The notes under the pieces were generated by a model that did no database searches, was not told the DNA's origin, and saw only the letters and a list, made by a program, of their open reading frames with translations. A stretch of 64,000 nt of DNA from Alphaproteobacteria bacterium (lineage in GTDB: Bacteria; Pseudomonadota; Alphaproteobacteria; GCA-2731375): positions 32,001 to 96,000 of the forward strand of contig CBDDPY010000002.1 of NCBI GenBank assembly GCA_965232515.1, written 5' to 3'. Shown piece after piece: positions 58,721-64,000 of the stretch (positions within the stretch are counted from its first letter, which is position 1; every line of letters begins with the position of its first letter). Position numbers and translations under genes: made by a program.

Positions 58721-59926
58721 ATGAAGATCGAACGCATCGAGACCCGCCACTGCGACGCCGGCTGGCGCAACTACCACTTTGTCAAGCTGACCACGTCGGA
58801 CGGCATCGTCGGCTGGAGCGAGTTCGACGAGGGCTTCGGCTCGCCCGGCGTCTCCCAGGTGATCGAAAACGTCGGCGCCAAGCTGATCGGCAAGTCGGCG
58901 CACGATCACGAGCAGCTCTACGCCTTGATGTTCGCCATGACCCGCCCGGCGGCGGGCGGCGTCGTCGGCCAGGGCCTCGGCGCCATCGAGAACGCGCTTC
59001 TCGACGCGAAAGCGAAATCCTTGGGCGTGCCCTGCTACCAGCTCCTCGGCGGCAAGGTGCGCGACGACGTGCGCGTCTACTGGTCGCACTGCGGCACCTG
59101 GCGCATCAACCACCCGAATTACTATCCGCCGGCCATCACCGACCTCGACGGCGTCAAGGCCATGGGCGCCGAGGTGCGCGAGAAGGGCTTCGGCGCGCTG
59201 AAGACCAATATCTTTCTGCATGACGCGGGCGACGCCGAGGGCTGGCGGCCCGGCTTCGGCTCGCCGTTCTATCCCGAGCTCAACGTCGACCGCCGCGTGC
59301 TGCGAAATCTGCGCGCGCACCTCGAGGCCTTCCGCGACGGCGCCGGCCCCGACATGGACATCCTCTTGGACCTCAACTTCAACGCCAAGACCGAGGGCTA
59401 CCTCAAGATCCTGCGCGCCATCGCCGACCTCGACATGTTCTGGATCGAGATCGACAGCTATAACCCCCAGGCGCTCGCCCATATCCGGCAGCACAGCCCG
59501 CACCCCATCAGCTCCTGCGAGACGTTGCTGGGCCTGCGCGAGTTCCTGCCTTACTTCAACGCCCAGGCCATGGACGTCGCCATCATCGACGCGGTCTGGA
59601 ACGGCGTCTGGCAGTCCATGAAGATCGCCGCCGCGGCCGAGGCTTTCGAGGTCAACGTCGCGCCGCACAACTTCTACGGCCACTTGTGCACGTTCATGAA
59701 CCTGCACTTCGCCGCCGCCGTGCCGCACCTGCGCATCATGGAGACCGACATCGATCGGCTCGCCTGGGACGACGAGCTCTTCACCCACGCGCCGGTTTAC
59801 GAGAACGGCCACCTCGCCGTCCCCGACCGCCCGGGCTGGGGCACCGAGCCCATCGAAGCCGCCCTCGAAGCCCACCCGCCCGCCGGCGCCACCGGCATCG
59901 GCAATTTGGCTGGGGAAAGGAAGTAG
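58721..59926 (+). CDS. Mandelate racemase / muconate lactonizing enzyme family (acid-sugar dehydratase-like)
   Basis: LLGGKVRD, LDLN, WIE, APHN and PGWG motifs. Confidence 0.92.
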   Translation: MKIERIETRHCDAGWRNYHFVKLTTSDGIVGWSEFDEGFGSPGVSQVIENVGAKLIGKSAHDHEQLYALMFAMTRPAAGGVVGQGLGAIENALLDAKAKSLGVPCYQLLGGKVRDDVRVYWSHCGTWRINHPNYYPPAITDLDGVKAMGAEVREKGFGALKTNIFLHDAGDAEGWRPGFGSPFYPELNVDRRVLRNLRAHLEAFRDGAGPDMDILLDLNFNAKTEGYLKILRAIADLDMFWIEIDSYNPQALAHIRQHSPHPISSCETLLGLREFLPYFNAQAMDVAIIDAVWNGVWQSMKIAAAAEAFEVNVAPHNFYGHLCTFMNLHFAAAVPHLRIMETDIDRLAWDDELFTHAPVYENGHLAVPDRPGWGTEPIEAALEAHPPAGATGIGNLAGERK

Positions 59927-59987
59927 CGGCAGTAAACCGATCGCTTAGCGGACGCGAAACGGTCGTCTCACGCCCGCATCAAGCTGA

Positions 59988-60686
59988 TCAGGCCGACCGG
60001 CGGCGTTGCCGGTAGAGCCCGGCGCCCATCAGGCCGAACAGGCCGACCATGAGCAGAGGCAGCGTTTCCGGTTCCGGGACCGGGACGCGGCGCAACGCAT
60101 TCAGCGTGCCGCTGACCGTCACCAGATCGGGCCCGAAGAACAGGAAGAACCCGCTGCTGTCGAAGTCCGAAAACGCGATGTCCGTCGGCAGCACCAGGGC
60201 GTCGTTGAAGACGGCGTTGGTCGAGTCGTCGAGCCGGAACGAGGCGCCGAACAGCGCGAGTCCGTTGACGTCGGCGCCGACCAGCCCGTCGCTGGCGAAC
60301 GTCGAGATGCCGTAGCGGTCGTTCGGCGCGTTCGGCGCATCGTCGATCTGCACCTCGCGGCGGCCCGTCGCCGAATCCAGCGACGCCGAGTAGACCTGTG
60401 TTGCGCCGGCGTCGACGACCGAGACGTTGAACGACAGCACCGCGTCGTAGAAGGCGAAGTCCGAATTGCTGCCGGCCCGCGCGGTCGTTGTCGACTCGAT
60501 CGTATAGCTGCCGGTGAACGTGTCGGTGACCGAAAATGGCGGCGACAACCCGGCCGTGACGTTGTCGATCGTGCCGCTGAATTCATAGGTGATGGGGGCA
60601 GCTTGACTCGTGCCGACACTGGCGGCCAACCCAAACAAGACGGCGCTCGCGGCGCCAACGAACAGACGAAAACGCGAACCACGCAT
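59988..60686 (-). CDS. PEP-CTERM sorting domain protein
   Basis: Signal peptide ending in SQA-API; C-terminal VPEPETLPLLMVGLFGL...RQRRR; GGAGG RBS. Confidence 0.9.
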   Translation of the reverse strand: MRGSRFRLFVGAASAVLFGLAASVGTSQAAPITYEFSGTIDNVTAGLSPPFSVTDTFTGSYTIESTTTARAGSNSDFAFYDAVLSFNVSVVDAGATQVYSASLDSATGRREVQIDDAPNAPNDRYGISTFASDGLVGADVNGLALFGASFRLDDSTNAVFNDALVLPTDIAFSDFDSSGFFLFFGPDLVTVSGTLNALRRVPVPEPETLPLLMVGLFGLMGAGLYRQRRRSA

Positions 60687-60882
60687 ACTGACACCTCCCC
60701 TGAGCCCGAACCGATATTGTCAAATGTTAACATTAACGTTGTGACATATTTGTGTCACGCTTTTTGAAGACTCCCCGAACGCATTGATTTTCCAGGCTGA
60801 ATTTCCGAAAGACGGGTTAAGGCCATGGGAAGGTGGTGCCCGTATCCTTTGCGCGAGCCGGAAAGTCCAGGACCGATTTCTT

Positions 60883-61617
60883 ATGGCCATCATCCAACGT
60901 CGGATGGCGTCGTCGGGCGAGGACGGCGCGATGGGTGCGGGCGCGGCCCGATGGCGCCCCGCGCATCTGCTGCTCGGCGCGCTGGCGGTCGAGGCGGTCT
61001 TGATCGGCCTGCACCTGCTGGCGCTGGCCAGCCGCGATCCGGTGATGGCGCGTTTCTTCGATCTCGGCAAAGAGAACAACGTGCCGACCTGGTTCGCCTC
61101 CATGCAGCTGTTCCTGGTCGCCGTCGTGGCCTTCGTCGCCGCGTTCCCGCGCGGCCGTTTGCCGGCGGTGCTGCGCTGGCCGCTGCCGTCGTTCGGCGCC
61201 GTGTTCGTGTTTCTCTCGATCGACGAGTTCGTCGGCCTGCACGAGAGCATCACCGCCATGACGGACGGCTTGTCCTGGGCGCCGACCTTCAACGCGCATG
61301 GCGCCTGGATCCTGCCCTATTGTCTGATCGCGGCGCTGCTGTTGCTGGCGGCGCGGCATTCGGCGCTCTGGCTCTGGCGTGCCGGCCGGCCGGTCTTTCT
61401 CGCCGCCGCGGTCGGTGCGGCGCTGTACATTGCCGGCGCGGTCGGCTTCGAACTCGTCAGCTATTACCTCGAACGCGCGTCCAGGCCCTGGCGGATCGTG
61501 CAGACCGTCGAGGAAAGCCTGGAGATGGTCGGCGTCTCCCTCATCCTCTACGCCATCCTCTGCCTGCGACAGATCCTGGACGGCGGCGACATGCCGCGGG
61601 GCAGGGCGCCCGCCTGA
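60883..61617 (+). CDS. Hypothetical polytopic membrane protein
   Basis: About 6-7 TM segments; ENNVPTWF, SIDE....HE and EESLEM motifs; start uncertain (60883, 60904 or 60931). Confidence 0.75.
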   Translation: MAIIQRRMASSGEDGAMGAGAARWRPAHLLLGALAVEAVLIGLHLLALASRDPVMARFFDLGKENNVPTWFASMQLFLVAVVAFVAAFPRGRLPAVLRWPLPSFGAVFVFLSIDEFVGLHESITAMTDGLSWAPTFNAHGAWILPYCLIAALLLLAARHSALWLWRAGRPVFLAAAVGAALYIAGAVGFELVSYYLERASRPWRIVQTVEESLEMVGVSLILYAILCLRQILDGGDMPRGRAPA

Positions 61618-61625
61618 CGAAACGG

Positions 61626-62561
61626 CTATCCCATTTCCGCACGGTGGTCGGCCAGCAGCGTCATCTGCCGCTCGTGATCGCCGACGAGACGCAGCACGAT
61701 GTGCCGCGCGCCTGCCGCGACATAGCGCCGGATGAACGCCAGCACGTTGTCGAGCGGCCCGCCCATGCAGGACTGGCGCTTCCGCAACACCCGCGCCGGC
61801 GCGCCGTAATAGTCCTCGAGATAGGCGTCGATCGCCGCCTCTGCCGCCCGCGCGTCGTCCATTACCGCGACGGTCAGGTAAACCGCCGTGGTCAGCGAAT
61901 CCGCGTCCCGGCCGGCGTCCGTCGCCGTCGCCTGCAAGAACTTCTGCTGCGCGGCGAAGGTCTCCGGGTCCGGCCCGGTCGGAAACCAGCCGTCAAAGTG
62001 CTTCGCCGCCCGCGCGACCCCGGCCTCGACGCCCGCACCCAGCCAGACCGGCGGTCCGCCCGGCGAATAGGGCAGGGGCGCCAGCACGCCCTGTTCCACC
62101 TGCCAACGCCCATCCCAGTCGACCGGCTCGCCGGCCCACAACGCCCGGCACAGCCGAAACCCTTCCATCAACCGCCCGACGCGCCCCTCGAACGGCACGC
62201 CGGCCGCCGCGAACTCGGCCCGAATGCCGGGCGTATCCGCCGCAATCCCGGCGCCCACGATCAACCGCCCCTCGCTCACCTGATCCAACGTCGCCAACTG
62301 CTGCGCCAACACCACCGGATTCCGCAACGCCGGCAACAACACCGCCGTCCCGACCTGAACGTCGGGCACGGCGCCCGCCACCGCCGCCAGCAACGTCAAC
62401 GGATCATGCCGTGGCCGCGCCAACAGCGAATCCCCCGCCCAAACTGAATCAAACCCCAGCCCCGCCGCCCGCTCGGCGGCGTCCAACAACACCCGCCCCG
62501 ACGGCTGCCCGCGCATCACGTTCTCTCGCGTTGGCAACAGATATCCGAGCTTCAATGCCAT
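61626..62561 (-). CDS. LLM-class flavin-dependent oxidoreductase
   Basis: GFDSVWAGDS, GTAVLLP and ATLDQVSEGR motifs; GGAGG RBS. Confidence 0.92.
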   Translation of the reverse strand: MALKLGYLLPTRENVMRGQPSGRVLLDAAERAAGLGFDSVWAGDSLLARPRHDPLTLLAAVAGAVPDVQVGTAVLLPALRNPVVLAQQLATLDQVSEGRLIVGAGIAADTPGIRAEFAAAGVPFEGRVGRLMEGFRLCRALWAGEPVDWDGRWQVEQGVLAPLPYSPGGPPVWLGAGVEAGVARAAKHFDGWFPTGPDPETFAAQQKFLQATATDAGRDADSLTTAVYLTVAVMDDARAAEAAIDAYLEDYYGAPARVLRKRQSCMGGPLDNVLAFIRRYVAAGARHIVLRLVGDHERQMTLLADHRAEMG

Positions 62562-62731
62562 CACCGATCCTCCCGCGTCCAGGATCTCACGTTAGGCCAG
62601 TCGCCGACCCCGGCCAAGCGCACCCGTACCGTTGGCTGGGCTTGCCGCGACGCCTCGTAAGGCCGGCAGGCGCCACGACATTGCCGTAGAAAAGGAAGCA
62701 CGTTAACTTTCTCGAAAGTTGAGGAGGGGTC

Positions 62732-63010
62732 ATGCGCAAAGCGATCCTGATTGTCGTTCTCTCACTTCAGACGTCGCATGCGCTGGCGCAGTTCCGTTAC
62801 TGCGACCGACCGAGTAAGCCACACATTCCGAGCGGCTACTACGCCGAGCAGTATCAAATGGAGAGCGCGATTGACGCGGTGAAGTCGTATGCCAGGCGGG
62901 TCGACGATTATGTCGATTGCCTCGCAACCGAAGCCAGCGACATACGCGCGGAGGAAAGGCGCGTCATCGATGACCTGAACCGGGAGATTGGTTCCTACAA
63001 CAGCCGATGA
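62732..63010 (+). CDS. Small secreted hypothetical protein
   Basis: GAGGAGG RBS; signal peptide ending in ALA; two Cys. Confidence 0.75.
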   Translation: MRKAILIVVLSLQTSHALAQFRYCDRPSKPHIPSGYYAEQYQMESAIDAVKSYARRVDDYVDCLATEASDIRAEERRVIDDLNREIGSYNSR

Positions 63011-63247
63011 TGTGTCGCGCCGTAGCCGGGTCTTTTGCGTTTCTTCAATGCACGTCGCGATCCGGGGGCGGATACCGGCGAACGCAGCCCCAAAAACCAA
63101 TGTCTGGTGTCCGCATAACATCCCGGTGCCATCGTCTCTCGAACCGCCAAGCGCGAACGCCGTCAACGCGAGTTCCGGTGACAGTAACCCTTATTGCTGA
63201 CTGGTTTCGTTCGTCGGACATCCGGCGAGTGCGGCACCTCTCGCCGC

Positions 63248-64000
63248 TCACGTCGCCGTCGGCGGCGGGTCGAGGGTGAGGAGTTCGATGGGGTGGGAGA
63301 TGCCGCGGACGGTTTCGCTGCCGACCGGGCGGAAGCGGTAGCCTGAGGTCGCGAGCCGGTCGGCCACCTCGCGCGAGACGATCACCGGCAGGCCGTGCTC
63401 CTTCGCCTTCTGCTCCAGCCGCGCGGCGATGTTGATGGCGTCGCCGTTATATTCGATTGAGCGCCGGAGGTCGCCCTGTTCGCTGACCACGACCTCGCCC
63501 CCATGCACGCCGCAGCGGAACTCGGGCGTCTCGCCGAACTGCTTGCGGTAGGCGGGCGCCCGGGCCTCGATCTTGCGCAGCGCGTCGATGATCGCGGCGA
63601 TGACATTGCCATCGGCGATCGCCGCCTCCCACGGCCAGGAGGCGATCAATCCGTCGCCCATGTACTTGAAGATATCGCCGCGGCGGTCGGTGATCGGCTT
63701 CGAGATGTCGAACAGGAACCGGCTGATGAAGGCGCGCGCCGCCAGCGGCCCGAGCCGTTCTGTGATCCGCGTCGAGCCCTTGAGGTCGATGAACACAAAG
63801 ACGCGCTGTTCGATGATCGGGCGCTGGTACTTGCCGATCAGCAGATCGAGCAGCTTGCGCGCGCCGAGGAAGCTGATCACCCGGATCACCAGCACCGCGG
63901 CGACCGCGATCAGAAACACGGTCGGCAGCGTGATCGGGATCCGGCCCAGGATCAGGTCACGGTCGGACGCCGGCGCGACGAAGGTCACGACGATCGCGAT
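63248..64000 (-). CDS. Class III adenylate/guanylate cyclase domain protein; 5'-partial
   Basis: FIDLKGST, KYMGDG and GDAINIAARLE motifs; frame open to the window end. Confidence 0.92.
   Translation of the reverse strand: MAIVVTFVAPASDRDLILGRIPITLPTVFLIAVAAVLVIRVISFLGARKLLDLLIGKYQRPIIEQRVFVFIDLKGSTRITERLGPLAARAFISRFLFDISKPITDRRGDIFKYMGDGLIASWPWEAAIADGNVIAAIIDALRKIEARAPAYRKQFGETPEFRCGVHGGEVVVSEQGDLRRSIEYNGDAINIAARLEQKAKEHGLPVIVSREVADRLATSGYRFRPVGSETVRGISHPIELLTLDPPPTAT

Noticed and set aside
60740-60759. CRP/FNR site upstream of the PEP-CTERM gene
   Set aside because: TGTGA and TCAC are separated by 10 nt, not the required 6.

Overview
A high-GC bacterial chromosomal segment, probably alphaproteobacterial, judged from the NadQ-nadABC arrangement, a LiuR-type box and the REP-like repeat families. 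It holds about 62 CDSs. I saw no rRNA, tRNA, CRISPR array, prophage or transposase. Most genes are catabolic or transport genes: acyl-CoA dehydrogenase, an orphan CoxL-like molybdoenzyme subunit, TRAP, MFS and DMT transporters, two ABC systems, an acyl-CoA ligase, two CoA-transferases, two LLM oxidoreductases, a GMC oxidoreductase and an enolase-superfamily enzyme. The window also has de novo NAD synthesis (nadQ-nadA-nadB-nadC with two operator boxes), glnS, an ECF41-type sigma factor with an AhpD-like partner, and two PEP-CTERM proteins. Most notable observations: (1) a 267-bp highly structured MITE-like element inserted at codons 3-4 of a VOC gene, which supplies an in-frame replacement start codon; (2) a CYTH-CHAD gene 4 nt upstream of an orphan small ParA ATPase, behind Pho-box-like repeats, a candidate polyphosphate-granule positioning module; (3) a ferritin-like diiron protein under overlapping LiuR-type boxes; (4) an Rrf2 / DUF2306-like / membrane protein / 28-aa micropeptide unit with a candidate operator; (5) a PEP-CTERM gene divergent from a 7TMR-DISM two-component system. 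All functional calls come from motif recognition by eye, with no database searches.
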